Assembly (NCBI GenBank): GCA_016234185.1
Contig: JACRHA010000056.1
Coordinates: 5,553-69,552, forward strand
Source: Nitrospirota bacterium
GTDB taxonomy: Bacteria > Nitrospirota > Nitrospiria > JACRHA01
Reading direction: 5' to 3'
Length of the DNA: 64,000 nt
The position numbers and the translations under genes are program-made. Each line of letters opens with the position of its first letter. Within the stretch, counting starts at the first letter, position 1. The notes under the pieces were generated by a model. That model was given only the letters and a program-made list of their open reading frames with translations. It did no database searches and was not told where the DNA came from. This document shows, in pieces, positions 50,431 through 61,851 of the stretch.

Positions 50431-52773
50431 CTACACCCTTGCCTCTTCCATCCACCCCGGTTCAACGCCTTCGATCACCTGGTCTATATTGAGCAGGTCG
50501 GTTGTCATCCCCTCAATAACCAAAGATCCGGCTACCCCTGTCTTGCCTGGCGGGGGAGGATGGAGCACCGACTCTGCCTCAACGATATCGAGTATCCTGT
50601 CTACCACCAGCCCGACATTCTTCTTTTTTCCGGAAAATACAATAGTAGGCAGCATCTCCCGGTTTTGGTCAGGGGAATCTATACCAAGGATCCTGTCAAG
50701 CCGGATCAACGGAAGAAGACCCCCACGGTATTGAATTATGTCCCGTCCGGCAGCCTGTTCAACCCTGTTTAGGTAAAATTCCTCCAGTCGGTCAACCAGG
50801 GCCAGAGGGACTGCAAACCGGTCATTCCCTGAGGCAGAAAAGAGGATCAGCGTATGATGTTCAATCCCTGATCCATCTTCCGTACTATCTTCTAATGTTA
50901 ATTTGGTCTCACCAGCCTTAGACTGAAGAAACCCTCCCTCCTTGGCAACCCCCTGTACATCCAGTATAAGGGCCACCCTTCCATCACCCATGATCGTTGC
51001 GCCTGCAAATACTGAAAGCCCTTTTAACTGCCTGCTCAATGGCTTAACTACGATCTCCTCGCTATTGTTTACCGCATCAACCACAAGCCCGAAGGGACGT
51101 TCTCCAGCCTTAAGGACAACTATGCTGGTATTAGATGTTTCTGTAGGGGCACATTGCAATGTGCCCCTACCTTCTTCCAGGCAAAGGAGTCGATTGAGGT
51201 AAAGAATAGGAAGGAGCGTTCCCCGCAACCTATAAAAGCTGGCGTCGTGGATCACTTCGATCCGGCCGCCAGACTCAGGATCTACCCGGACAAGCTCAAG
51301 CAGACTTGCCTGCGGGATCGCAAAGAGCTCCTTTCCTGCCGCAACCATCAGGGCCGGGATTATTGCCAGCGTCAATGGTATCTTAATTCTAAGGCTTGTG
51401 CCCTGCCCAAGCCTGCTTGTCATTTCCACTGTCCCACCTATCTTTTCTATATTTGTCCTGACTACATCCATACCGACACCGCGGCCCGAGACATTTGTTA
51501 CCTTCTCAGCAGTTGACAGCCCCGGCAGAAAGATAAGGTTTAGGGCCTCACGCTCCGACATGCGGGATACAGCCTCAGCAGAGACGAGACCCTTCTCAAT
51601 GGCCTTGCGCTTGACCTTCTCTATATCAATACCATTTCCGTCATCTCCGATCTCTATATTGATCTGGCCTCCTTCGTGGTATGCCTTAAGATTGAGCATC
51701 CCCTTTGGTCCCTTCCCCCTTGCCCTCCTCATATCAGGGGTCTCAATCCCATGATCTACGGAATTCCTGACAATATGTGTCAGGGGGTCTTTAATCGCCT
51801 CTAACAGGGTCTTGTCCAACTCAGTCTCAGCCCCGTCCATGACAAGTTCAACCTCTTTGCCATTTGTCTTGGCAAGGTCCCTCACCAGGCGCGGGAATTT
51901 CTCCCAGACATTCAGAATCGGCTGCATCCTGGTCTTCATTACAGCATCCTGGAGCTCTGTTGTAATCAGATTCATCCGCTGGGCAGTGCCTGCATACACA
52001 GCATTATCCTCTTCCCTTACCCGCTGTAAGAGCTGATTTCGCGCAAGCACAAGCTCACCGACTAAATTCATTAATTTATCGAGGAGGCCGACGTCCACAC
52101 GGATGGAAGATTCCGCGGACACAAGACCTCTATTTTGTGACATAACAGCTTTGCTTTCTTCCTGACTTCTGACTCCTGACGGCTCGACTGAGCTCGCCGA
52201 AGTCTCCTGACTCCCGCTTTCATTAGCAGGGGCTTGCGTCGCCCCCTCCAAAGGCAAAGCCTTTGGAGCCTTCCCCTCAACGCTCGCATCCGCTCGCTGT
52301 TTAGAGGATTCAGCATCCAGGATACCTTTCTCCTTTCTCCTGACTCCTGACGGCTCGACTGAGCTCGCCGAAGTCTCCTGACTCCCGCTTTCATTTGAAA
52401 TAAGCGTCTTCAGCTTCTGTAGTATAGAATTATAATCCTGGGCAGGCTCGGATCCTTTAGACTCTATGTGGGACAGGATTTCCTTTATGGTATCAACCGC
52501 CTCAAGGAGGATTGTAACCCCCTCCGGCGTCACAGGCATCTTTCCGTCCCGCATCATCGAGAGGACATCTTCACCGCCATGGGCAACAGACTCAAGCTTC
52601 GGAAGTCCAAGAAAACCACAAGTTCCCTTAATGGTATGTATAGTGCGAAAGATACTCGCGATAAGGGCTCTGTTCCCTGTCTCCTTTTCAAGTAAAACAA
52701 ACTCCTGATCAAGCCTTCCCAGACCTTCATAACTTTCAACCAGGAATTCCTTCAAGATGCCGTCATCTTCCAT
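50431..52773 (-). CDS. cheA: Chemotaxis histidine kinase CheA, carrying in-frame repeat-element insertions in a linker
   Basis: Hpt (P1), dimerisation, HATPase and CheW-like (P5) domains. The linker contains a duplicated ESGSQETSASSVEPSGVR around a translated repeat core. Confidence 0.9.
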   Translation of the reverse strand: MEDDGILKEFLVESYEGLGRLDQEFVLLEKETGNRALIASIFRTIHTIKGTCGFLGLPKLESVAHGGEDVLSMMRDGKMPVTPEGVTILLEAVDTIKEILSHIESKGSEPAQDYNSILQKLKTLISNESGSQETSASSVEPSGVRRKEKGILDAESSKQRADASVEGKAPKALPLEGATQAPANESGSQETSASSVEPSGVRSQEESKAVMSQNRGLVSAESSIRVDVGLLDKLMNLVGELVLARNQLLQRVREEDNAVYAGTAQRMNLITTELQDAVMKTRMQPILNVWEKFPRLVRDLAKTNGKEVELVMDGAETELDKTLLEAIKDPLTHIVRNSVDHGIETPDMRRARGKGPKGMLNLKAYHEGGQINIEIGDDGNGIDIEKVKRKAIEKGLVSAEAVSRMSEREALNLIFLPGLSTAEKVTNVSGRGVGMDVVRTNIEKIGGTVEMTSRLGQGTSLRIKIPLTLAIIPALMVAAGKELFAIPQASLLELVRVDPESGGRIEVIHDASFYRLRGTLLPILYLNRLLCLEEGRGTLQCAPTETSNTSIVVLKAGERPFGLVVDAVNNSEEIVVKPLSRQLKGLSVFAGATIMGDGRVALILDVQGVAKEGGFLQSKAGETKLTLEDSTEDGSGIEHHTLILFSASGNDRFAVPLALVDRLEEFYLNRVEQAAGRDIIQYRGGLLPLIRLDRILGIDSPDQNREMLPTIVFSGKKKNVGLVVDRILDIVEAESVLHPPPPGKTGVAGSLVIEGMTTDLLNIDQVIEGVEPGWMEEARV
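52161..52395. repeat. Hairpin repeat core flanked by two direct copies of the approximately 58-bp module CTGACTCCTGACGGCTCGACTGAGCTCGCCGAAGTCTCCTGACTCCCGCTTTCATT, all inside cheA
   Basis: The core at 52228-52300 has arms CTCCAAAGGC/GCCTTTGGAG instead of CTCCACCGGC/GCCGGATGGAG. The substitutions are compensatory and preserve the stem. Confidence 0.85.
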
Positions 52774-53012
52774 TTAAACCTCCCCATGAGAACTTAATTA
52801 TCTTATCGGAAAATCAAGGAAAATCTTTAGCTTCCGGGTCCTTATGAAATGGGTGTGCGACATAAATGTTGATATGTTTAACAGATTCATCGTAGGGGCA
52901 GACCTATGTGTCTGCCCTGGAAATGTCTCCGTCGATCCCAAAGAGGGCGAACACAGAGGTTCGCCCCTACATAAAGGGATCTTTATGCTATCCTCTTGGG
53001 GCAACTACTTTT

Positions 53013-53717
53013 TTATGGAATCCTATCCACACTTACAACTACTATCTCTACCCGGCGGTTCTTTGCCCTGCCCTCCGGCGAATCATTGGTATCGATCGGT
53101 CTGAATTCGCCATACCCGGCCACAGAAAAACGTTGAGGATCCATTGCATGGCGGTCGACAAAATACCTTACAATACTCATTGCCCTGCCAGTTGACAGTT
53201 CCCAGTTGGATGGGAAGGCCGGTGTCTTGATAGGTATATTATCGGTATGCCCCTCGACCTGGACGGGGTTCGGAAGGGCGGCTATAAGATCTGCTATCTT
53301 ATCAAGTTTTTCGCTGAACACCGGGAGAATCTCTGCCTGACCCGTTTCAAAGGCAAGACTGTTCTCGATCCTTATCACTGTACCCCGCCGGTCTTTAATC
53401 AGACTGATCTGCCCGGAAGGGTCCATTGTCCTGACCTCCTCCTCCATCTTCCTGTATTTAAAAAAAAGTTTGAGGCCGGTATCAAACATGGCAGTCCCGG
53501 ATTGTTTAGAGGTCAGTCTTATATTTGAAGAGGAGAGAGCGATAACGGGGTGAAATGCCTCATTCACGGAATCGGAAACTGCACGATACTTACCCTCATG
53601 GACTGATGATGTAGAATACATCACCACAAAGAATGCAAAGAGGAGCGTGATAAAATCGGCATAGGAGATCAGCCAGCGCTCTTGATTTTCATGTTCTTCT
53701 TCCTTTTTTTTCCGCAT
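53013..53717 (-). CDS. motB: Flagellar motor stator protein MotB (OmpA-like C-terminus)
   Basis: WLISYADFITLLFAFFVVMY plug/TM region and a C-terminal OmpA-like peptidoglycan-binding domain. Confidence 0.85.
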   Translation of the reverse strand: MRKKKEEEHENQERWLISYADFITLLFAFFVVMYSTSSVHEGKYRAVSDSVNEAFHPVIALSSSNIRLTSKQSGTAMFDTGLKLFFKYRKMEEEVRTMDPSGQISLIKDRRGTVIRIENSLAFETGQAEILPVFSEKLDKIADLIAALPNPVQVEGHTDNIPIKTPAFPSNWELSTGRAMSIVRYFVDRHAMDPQRFSVAGYGEFRPIDTNDSPEGRAKNRRVEIVVVSVDRIP

Positions 53718-53730
53718 CTTTCCTCCTTTT

Positions 53731-54174
53731 TTAAGGGGCTTGCGTCGCCCCCTCCACCGGCAAAGCCGGATGGAGCCTCCCCCTCAACGCTCGCTTTGCT
53801 CGCTTTAAGGGGCTTGCGTCGCCCCCTCGCCTATCTCAGGGGAGCGACCGTCCCCCTCCACCGGCAAAGCCGGATGGAGCGCTTCGGCTGAGCTCAGCGT
53901 CGAAGCCCTCCCCCTCCCTACGCTCGACTCCGCTCGCTGTTATAAATTCAGGGGAGCGACCGTCCCCCTCCACCGGCAAAGCCGAAGCGAGCATCCGGCT
54001 TGGCCGGTGCAAGCGCGGGGTGTAGGGGCATCGGAGGAGCAACTGCACCGCACGGGCCCCCACAGATGATCGTCGCCTCCCCCTCAACGCGCGCCCTGCC
54101 CGCTGTTTAGAAGATTCAGAATCCAGACTTTCCTCCTGCACCCTGACCCCTGCACCCTGCTTTCATCAGGGTAT
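53731..54174. repeat. Cluster of about four tandem or variant copies of the hairpin repeat between motB and motA
   Basis: AGGGGCTTGCGTCGCCCCCTCCACCGGCAAAGCCGGATGGAGCCTCCCCCTCAACGCTCGC plus GGGGAGCGACCGTCCCCCTCCACCGGCAAAGCCGGATGGAGC variants. Ends with a GGGTATCTAC tail. Confidence 0.85.
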
Positions 54175-54942
54175 CTACTTTTTGGGTCTCTTCTTCTGTG
54201 CCTCTGTCAGGAAGCCTTCCAGTTTTTCCTGGATCATCCGCGGGTTATCCCCTGCAGCAATGGACATTATCCCTTCAATAATCAGCTCACGGCTGATCCC
54301 TTCCATCCGGTTCCTCATCTTCAGCTTTCCTGCGATCGGGAGGAAGATCAGGTTTGCCGTTAAGACACCATATACCGTGGCAACAAAGGCTGTAGCGATC
54401 CCGCTTCCCAGCTTTGTCGGATCTGCAAGGTTCTCCATCACATGGATCAGCCCCATTACAGCGCCAAGGATCCCGAATGTCGGACAATAACCGCCGGCGG
54501 CCTCAAATAATTTTGCCGCCATTGCATAATGCTCCTCTCCAAAGGAGAGTTCCACCTCGAGTATCTCGCGGATCAGCTTTGGCTCGGTCCCATCCATCAA
54601 AAGCTGTAATCCCTTCTTTAAAAAAGGGTCCTTTATCTCCTTAATCTTCGACTCAAGGGCCAGGATCCCCTGCTTCCGGACAACATTGGCATATTCCACA
54701 ATCTTTTCTATGAAGGCGACTGCATTATTATTTGGCGCCTTGACGGCCTCCAGCCCTAACTTCATCGCCTCAAGGAACTTAGGAAGTGTAAATTGAACCA
54801 TCACCGCACCCATTGTTCCCCCTAATACGATAATAGCAGCGGTAAATTGGAGGATTGAGTGGACACTCCCCCCTTCCAAGGCCTGTCCCCCAACAAGTGC
54901 GCCCAGCCCAACAACCACACCGATGACCGTAAGGATATCCAT
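54175..54942 (-). CDS. motA: Flagellar motor stator protein MotA
   Basis: MotA/TolQ/ExbB proton-channel family, four TM helices. Confidence 0.85.
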   Translation of the reverse strand: MDILTVIGVVVGLGALVGGQALEGGSVHSILQFTAAIIVLGGTMGAVMVQFTLPKFLEAMKLGLEAVKAPNNNAVAFIEKIVEYANVVRKQGILALESKIKEIKDPFLKKGLQLLMDGTEPKLIREILEVELSFGEEHYAMAAKLFEAAGGYCPTFGILGAVMGLIHVMENLADPTKLGSGIATAFVATVYGVLTANLIFLPIAGKLKMRNRMEGISRELIIEGIMSIAAGDNPRMIQEKLEGFLTEAQKKRPKK

Positions 54943-54967
54943 AGATCAATCAAACCTGTCTATTTCC

Positions 54968-55125
54968 AGGGGCTTGCGTCGCCCCCTCCACCGGCAAAGC
55001 CGGATGGAGCCTCCCCCTCAACGCTCGACTCCGCTCGCTGGGTTAACACCCACTTTCAGGAGCTTGCGTCGCCCCCTCCCTGCCTGCCGACAGGCAGGGC
55101 TAGGTAGATACCCGATGGTATCTAC
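54968..55125. repeat. Hairpin repeat copy plus a variant copy with palindromes CCCTGCCTGCCGACAGGCAGGG and GTAGATACCCGATGGTATCTAC
   Basis: Sequence identity to the repeat family. Confidence 0.8.
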
Positions 55126-55226
55126 TTTTCTCTATCTCCTATCGGCAAATTTTAAGCTTATCTTTAGTGCTTCCAGGATAGATAAATAAGGTACAGGTAC
55201 GGTTTGAGACATCATATTATATTAAT

Positions 55227-55254
55227 TTGACAAGGGATCATCTTCAGATATAAT
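55227..55254 (+). promoter_or_regulatory. Sigma70-like promoter TTGACA-N16-TATAAT upstream of bioB
   Basis: TTGACA at 55227-55232 and TATAAT at 55249-55254. The bioB ATG at 55266 leaves a very short leader. Confidence 0.35.
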
Positions 55255-55265
55255 CTAATAATCCC

Positions 55266-56270
55266 ATGGATGTCATATTAAACGATATTATTGATAAACT
55301 TGAAGGGGTTGGGTCCCTATCAAAGGATGAGGCCTTGTACCTTGTCAGCCTCGATGATATCAGTCTCATCTCTTCCCTTGCCGAAAAGGCAAGGAGAAGA
55401 TATAAGGGCAACCTTGCCGATCTCTGCTCTGTAATAAGCGCCAAATCCGGTTCATGTCCGGAAGATTGTGCCTTTTGCGCCCAGTCGGTCCATTACCAGA
55501 CCGGGATAATGGAGTATCCATTGATCCGGGTAGATAAGATCGTCAAGGCCGCCGCTGATGCAAAAAAAAATGGCGCAAGGAGGTTCTGTATATCAACCAG
55601 CGGCAGGGGGACCGGGAAGGATGATGAGATTTCAAGTATATGTGAGGCGATAAAAAAAATAAGGAATGAGGTTTCAATCTCGCCCTGCGCAACCCTCGGT
55701 TTAATGTCTTCTGACCATCTAAGGGCCTTAAAAGAGGCCGGATTAAACAGATACCATCATAACCTTGAGACATCGGAAGGCTATTACCAAAAGATATGCA
55801 CGACCCACTCTTTTTCTGAGAGGGTGGAGATGGTAAAGAAAGTTAAGGAGTCAGGGCTCTCCGCATGTGTTGGGGGGATATTGGGGATTGGAGAATCTAT
55901 GGAGGATAGGGCCGATCTTGCTGTCGCTATCAGGGACCTCGATCCCGATTCTGTGCCCATAAATTTCCTGATGCCGATTATAGGTACCCCGCTTGAAGGT
56001 ACAGCCGGACTTGGACACGATGAGGCATTAAGGTCTATTGCGCTATTTAGGTTCATTATGCCTTCAAAAGAGATAAGGGTCTGCGGCGGCAGGGTCTCTG
56101 CCCTCGGTGAATCCCACAGACTGATATTCAACTTTGGGGCTGACGGCATGATGGTCGGAAACTATCTCACCAGGTCCGGCGTCGATCCCAAAGAAGATCT
56201 GAGGATGCTCAATGATCTCAGCCTTGGTATTAGAGAGATAGATGTTTCCGGGCGAGATATCCAGGCTTAA
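55266..56270 (+). CDS. bioB: Biotin synthase
   Basis: Radical SAM CPEDCAFC motif and the auxiliary-cluster cysteines. Confidence 0.9.
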   Translation: MDVILNDIIDKLEGVGSLSKDEALYLVSLDDISLISSLAEKARRRYKGNLADLCSVISAKSGSCPEDCAFCAQSVHYQTGIMEYPLIRVDKIVKAAADAKKNGARRFCISTSGRGTGKDDEISSICEAIKKIRNEVSISPCATLGLMSSDHLRALKEAGLNRYHHNLETSEGYYQKICTTHSFSERVEMVKKVKESGLSACVGGILGIGESMEDRADLAVAIRDLDPDSVPINFLMPIIGTPLEGTAGLGHDEALRSIALFRFIMPSKEIRVCGGRVSALGESHRLIFNFGADGMMVGNYLTRSGVDPKEDLRMLNDLSLGIREIDVSGRDIQA

Positions 56271-56343
56271 AGCGAGCAAAGCGAGCGTTGAGGGGGAGGC
56301 TCCGTCCGGCTTTGCCGGTGGAGGGGGCGACGCAAGCCCCTTT
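56271..56343. repeat. Hairpin repeat copy in the bioB-bioF intergenic region
   Basis: AGCGAGCAAAGCGAGCGTTGAGGGGGAGGCTCCGTCCGGCTTTGCCGGTGGAGGGGGCGACGCAAGCCCCT. Confidence 0.85.
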
Positions 56344-56367
56344 AAAGCGAAAAACCTTCTCCGCAGA

Positions 56368-57476
56368 TTGTTAGTTGTCGAACCGGGGGAGGGGTCAGGT
56401 CTTGTCATTGATGGAAAGAGGGCAGTGAACCTCTCTTCAAATAATTATCTTGGTCTTTCAAACCACCACAGGATAAAAGACGCATCTATCAGGGCCATAG
56501 AAAGATATGGTGCCGGGGCAGGGGCATCAAGGCTCATCTCAGGTCACACGAATATCATAAAAGAACTTGAAGAAAGGATCGCCAGGTTTAAATCAACTGA
56601 GGCGGCCCTTGTCTTTGGATCGGGCTACCTGGCCAATATCGGGATCATCCCATCCATAGTAGGCGATGGAGACGTCATCATTGCAGACAGACTGAATCAT
56701 GCGTCTATCTTTGAGGGGTGCAGGATCAGCAGGGCAAGGCTATTAATATACAGACACAAAGATATGACCCAGCTTGAGGAGATACTTAACAGGTATTCAT
56801 CATATAAGAGGAAGCTGGTTATTACCGATGGTCTTTTCAGTATGGATGGTGATATTGCCCCGTTAAATGATATCGTCTCTCTTGCAAAGAGGTATGAGGC
56901 GATGGTGATGGTCGATGATGCCCACGCAACAGGGGTTTTAGGAAAGAGCGGCAGGGGCACTATGGAGCATCTCGGGATAAAGGATGGGGTTGACATCCAG
57001 ATGGGGACATTGAGCAAGGCGATCGGGTGCTATGGCGGATTTGTTGCAGGGGATAATGCACTTATAGATTATTTAATAAACAGGGCAAGGTCGTTTATAT
57101 TCACAACAGGACTTCCACCGGCTATTGCTGCTGCGGCCATTGCCGCATTCGACATCATTGAAGAGATGCCTGAGATAAGGGAGAGGTTATGGGAGAATAG
57201 AGGATACTACTTTAAGGCCGTAACAGGACTTGGCCTTGATACAGGGATGAGCGAGAGCCAGATAATACCAATCATGATTGGAGACGAGAAGAGGGGACTT
57301 GAGTTCTCAGAAAGACTCCTTGAATTAGGCGTTTTTGCGCCTGTAATTAGGCCTCCCACTGTACCTAAAGGTAAGACAAGGATCAGGACATCTATAATGG
57401 CCACCCATACAAAGGAGGAGATTGATACAGGTGTAGATGCCTTAAAGAGGGCAGGAAGGGAGCTTGGGATTATTTC

Positions 57477-57480
<4 letters not shown>
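56368..57480 (+). CDS. bioF: 8-amino-7-oxononanoate synthase
   Basis: PLP-dependent aminotransferase class II (NNYLGLS..., DGLFSMDGD, PPTVP). The ORF track start at 56242 translates the repeat, so the in-frame TTG at 56368 is the likelier start. Confidence 0.8.
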
Positions 57481-59002
<1,522 letters not shown>

Positions 59003-59010
59003 AGGTTTTG

Positions 59011-59043
59011 AAGAACCCTCCAAAAAATGCGGAGGGTTCTTCA
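59011..59043. terminator. Perfect 12-bp-stem hairpin GAAGAACCCTCC-aaaaaatgc-GGAGGGTTCTTC between convergent bioD and ppi genes
   Basis: Perfect inverted repeat in a convergent intergenic region. No strong T-run. Confidence 0.4.
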
Positions 59044-59078
59044 TCGCGAGGTAGAGATATGCTAGATCTTTACCCTTG

Positions 59079-59582
59079 TCACTTCATTGTCACCTTCTTC
59101 ATCACATCCCCTTTTGCAATCTTCTGCACCACATCTATCCCCTTTATCACCTGCCCAAAGACGGTATAGTTCCCGTCAAGGGTAGGTTGATCACCCAGAC
59201 AGATATAGAATTGGCTGTCAGCGCTGTCGGGGTTTTGTGCCCGTGCCATGGCCACTGTTCCAAAGACATGCTTCTTGCTGTTGAATTCTGCAGATAGCTT
59301 CTTCCCTGAGCCTCCTGTGCCGTCACCCTTAGGATCACCGCCCTGTATTACAAACCCGGGAACTATCCTGTGAAATGTAAGGCCATTGTAAAAACCCTGT
59401 TTCACAAGTTCTGTGATCCTCGCAACAGTCTTTGGTGCGACATCCGGATACATCTCGAATACTATCTCCCCCTTATCTGTCTCTATTGATACCATTGGTG
59501 CCTTCTTCTCCTTTTCTGCTGCAAAAAGATTTGGCGCAGCTATTAAACAGGTTATTAATAATACAAGAAAAAATCTACTCAT
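59079..59582 (-). CDS. ppiB: Peptidyl-prolyl cis-trans isomerase, cyclophilin type (secreted)
   Basis: Signal peptide, then cyclophilin motifs (FHRIVPGFVIQGGDP, GTVAMAR). Confidence 0.85.
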   Translation of the reverse strand: MSRFFLVLLITCLIAAPNLFAAEKEKKAPMVSIETDKGEIVFEMYPDVAPKTVARITELVKQGFYNGLTFHRIVPGFVIQGGDPKGDGTGGSGKKLSAEFNSKKHVFGTVAMARAQNPDSADSQFYICLGDQPTLDGNYTVFGQVIKGIDVVQKIAKGDVMKKVTMK

Positions 59583-59608
59583 ATCTCCTCCTTTGTCGTC
59601 TTCGCTAT

Positions 59609-60541
59609 TTAATGGGTGCATCTCTTGTTGTAGGCATCCATAATAAGGCCCTCTCTGAGCCCATAATCACTAACAACTAATGAATCATGACCCATCTCCT
59701 CCATTATGGTTATAAGAATCGCTGTTCCGGCCACTATAATATCCTCCCTTCCCGGCTCGAGTCCTTTAATCGTCCTCCTCACCTTGATCGATTTGGAAAC
59801 CAGGTCTGATAATATCGCTCTTATCGATGCGAGCTTTAAGATGCAGTTATTGATCCGGAGAGGATTATATACCTCCATCTTCCGGTCTATGGCCGCCAGT
59901 GTAGTTATGCTCCCAGCTGTACCTACCAATATTGATCCTTCAATGCCTTTTGATTGCTCAGAGACCATTTTTATCTTCGCCATAATTTCCGAATCCATGG
60001 ATGAAAGCTCAGATGGAAGGATAGGGTCACTTTTTAAATGTCTTTCAGTCAGATTTACTACCCCGAGGTCTATGCTTATTCTTGAAAGGATCTCACCTCC
60101 ACTCCCAAATATAAACTCTGTTGACCCTCCACCTATATCTATGGCAACGATATTATGTATCCTTTTATCTAACCCATGGAGGATACCGAGGAACGTCCTC
60201 CTCGCCTCCTCCTTTCCAGAGATCACCTCTATGTCAAATCCTGTCTCTTTTTTTACAAGGTCAATAAAATATTGACGGTTTTCTGCGGCTCTTACAGCGC
60301 TTGTTGCAGCTACAACAACCTCGTTGACCATATATCTGTCAATAATCGTCCTGAAGTCTTTGAGGGTTGAGACGGTTCTGATTATAGCATTATTAGTCAG
60401 GCGGCCTGAGCCTGACAAACCCTCGCCGAGGCGGGTTATCATTCTTTCTGAATGTATCTCCTTAAAATGGTGCTTACCAATTTCAGTGATTAGGAGCCTT
60501 AAGGTGTTGCTACCTATATCTATGCCGGCTATAACTGCCAA
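59609..60541 (-). CDS. ppx: Ppx/GppA family phosphatase (exopolyphosphatase / pppGpp phosphohydrolase)
   Basis: AGIDIGSNTLRLLI N-terminus, the ASKHA fold signature of Ppx/GppA. Confidence 0.85.
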   Translation of the reverse strand: MAVIAGIDIGSNTLRLLITEIGKHHFKEIHSERMITRLGEGLSGSGRLTNNAIIRTVSTLKDFRTIIDRYMVNEVVVAATSAVRAAENRQYFIDLVKKETGFDIEVISGKEEARRTFLGILHGLDKRIHNIVAIDIGGGSTEFIFGSGGEILSRISIDLGVVNLTERHLKSDPILPSELSSMDSEIMAKIKMVSEQSKGIEGSILVGTAGSITTLAAIDRKMEVYNPLRINNCILKLASIRAILSDLVSKSIKVRRTIKGLEPGREDIIVAGTAILITIMEEMGHDSLVVSDYGLREGLIMDAYNKRCTH

Positions 60542-60550
60542 TTTTTTGGT

Positions 60551-60766
60551 CTATCTCAGGGGCTTGCGTCGCCCCCTCCACCGGCAAAGCCGGATGGAGC
60601 CTCCCCCTCAACGCTCGCATCCGCTCGCTGTTTAAAAGATTCGGAATCCAGACCTTCCTCCTGACTCCTGACTCCCGCTTTCATTAGGGGCTTGCGTCGC
60701 CCCTACAACTCAGCGCTCGCCTTGCTCGCTAGGTAGATAGCCACTGGCTTGCCCGTGGCTATCTAC
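60551..60766. repeat. Hairpin repeat copy, AATGAAAGCGGGAGTCAGGAGTCAGGAG module, second partial core, and GTAGATAGCCACTGGCTTGCCCGTGGCTATCTAC palindrome
   Basis: Sequence identity to the family. Reverse orientation. Confidence 0.85.
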
Positions 60767-61368
60767 TATCTTATTTCAAATTCGAATTCTTCGGATGTTG
60801 CGCCGATATTCGCCTTCAGCTTGACATTCTTCCCGTACGTCACTGCCTTCTTGAAATATATGAACCCCCTTACCTGGGACCCTGGAAATATATCCCCCTC
60901 TGAAATAGATAACAAGGTTATATCAGTCGGGGCCATGGAATAATATCCGAATCCAGGCGGGGGGAGATATCCTCCATAATAGAAAGACGGCGGATAGAAA
61001 CCCTGCCCGTATCCCCTTGGGGTCATAATCCTTTCGACTATGCCCGGATCTACTGCGCTAAACTGATTACCCCTATCATCAACCAGGACAAGATCGGATG
61101 CCTTAAAGCTAACCTTCTTATCAGTATTGTTTCTGATAAGAAAGAGCATGGGGGTATAAAAATTATCCAGGTTATATGGGTAATACTTCCATTCCATAGA
61201 CTGGACAGAGATGCGTATGCCCTCCCTCTCTTTTGAGATTATATTTGAATCTAAATCTACATCCCCTGCCTGGAGCGGTTTTGGCACTATCCTTGTAGTA
61301 CAGCCGGAAGACATAAGGTATAAAAGGAGCAAAAGAAAAGACGACAGACTAATTATCATCCTTTTCAT
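60766..61368 (-). CDS. Hypothetical lipoprotein
   Basis: Lipobox MSSGC. No recognisable domain. Confidence 0.4.
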   Translation of the reverse strand: MKRMIISLSSFLLLLLYLMSSGCTTRIVPKPLQAGDVDLDSNIISKEREGIRISVQSMEWKYYPYNLDNFYTPMLFLIRNNTDKKVSFKASDLVLVDDRGNQFSAVDPGIVERIMTPRGYGQGFYPPSFYYGGYLPPPGFGYYSMAPTDITLLSISEGDIFPGSQVRGFIYFKKAVTYGKNVKLKANIGATSEEFEFEIR

Positions 61369-61652
61369 TGCCCCTCCTCTGCCTTGATCCTGGCCTTTTT
61401 CAGGGTCTCTTCATGGATCCGCTGCATTATCTTCTTGATCTCCTCATGCTCATGAAGATCCCCTTCTCCATTAGTTATCATTTCAAAGGCAACCATCCCT
61501 AAATTGCGGTATGAAGCCTTGATCTCCTTCTCGATATTATCCACCTGCATCTTAAGCCCGATCCTGTCTGTTTCCTTTGCTAATTTTCCCGCTATCTCTC
61601 CTGCCCCTCCGGCTATGATCTTAATCCCCCTCTTTAAGTCCCTTCCGATCAT
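61365..61652 (-). CDS. Hypothetical protein (95 aa)
   Basis: ORF only. Overlaps the downstream gene start by 4 nt, which suggests an operon. Confidence 0.35.
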   Translation of the reverse strand: MIGRDLKRGIKIIAGGAGEIAGKLAKETDRIGLKMQVDNIEKEIKASYRNLGMVAFEMITNGEGDLHEHEEIKKIMQRIHEETLKKARIKAEEGQ

Positions 61653-61851
61653 TACTAACCTTTACAATCGTCTATTTTTATTTTACATAATAGGGTGTTA
61701 AATATCAAGCAATTCCTGGTTCACAGGTAGGCAAAAGTATCCTATCAGGGAAGAAGATTCCTACCGGAACAGAGGGGGCAGGGCTTTTACTTTTTATATG
61801 AAACTCAAATAAATCAATCTGATAGCGCAATTCAGGTTCAACGAATTGTAG

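Noticed and set aside
52071-52394. 107-aa minus-strand ORF with an internal duplicated MKAGVRRLRRAQSSRQES motif
   Set aside because: It is an alternative frame through the duplicated repeat module inside cheA. The cheA frame is continuous and domain-complete.
53731-54174. Possible CRISPR array (clustered direct repeats between motB and motA)
   Set aside because: Copies vary in length and sequence, with no constant-length unique spacers. The same unit occurs singly all over the window, including inside genes and in both orientations, and each unit is about 70 bp of hairpin. This is an interspersed REP/MITE-like element, not a CRISPR.
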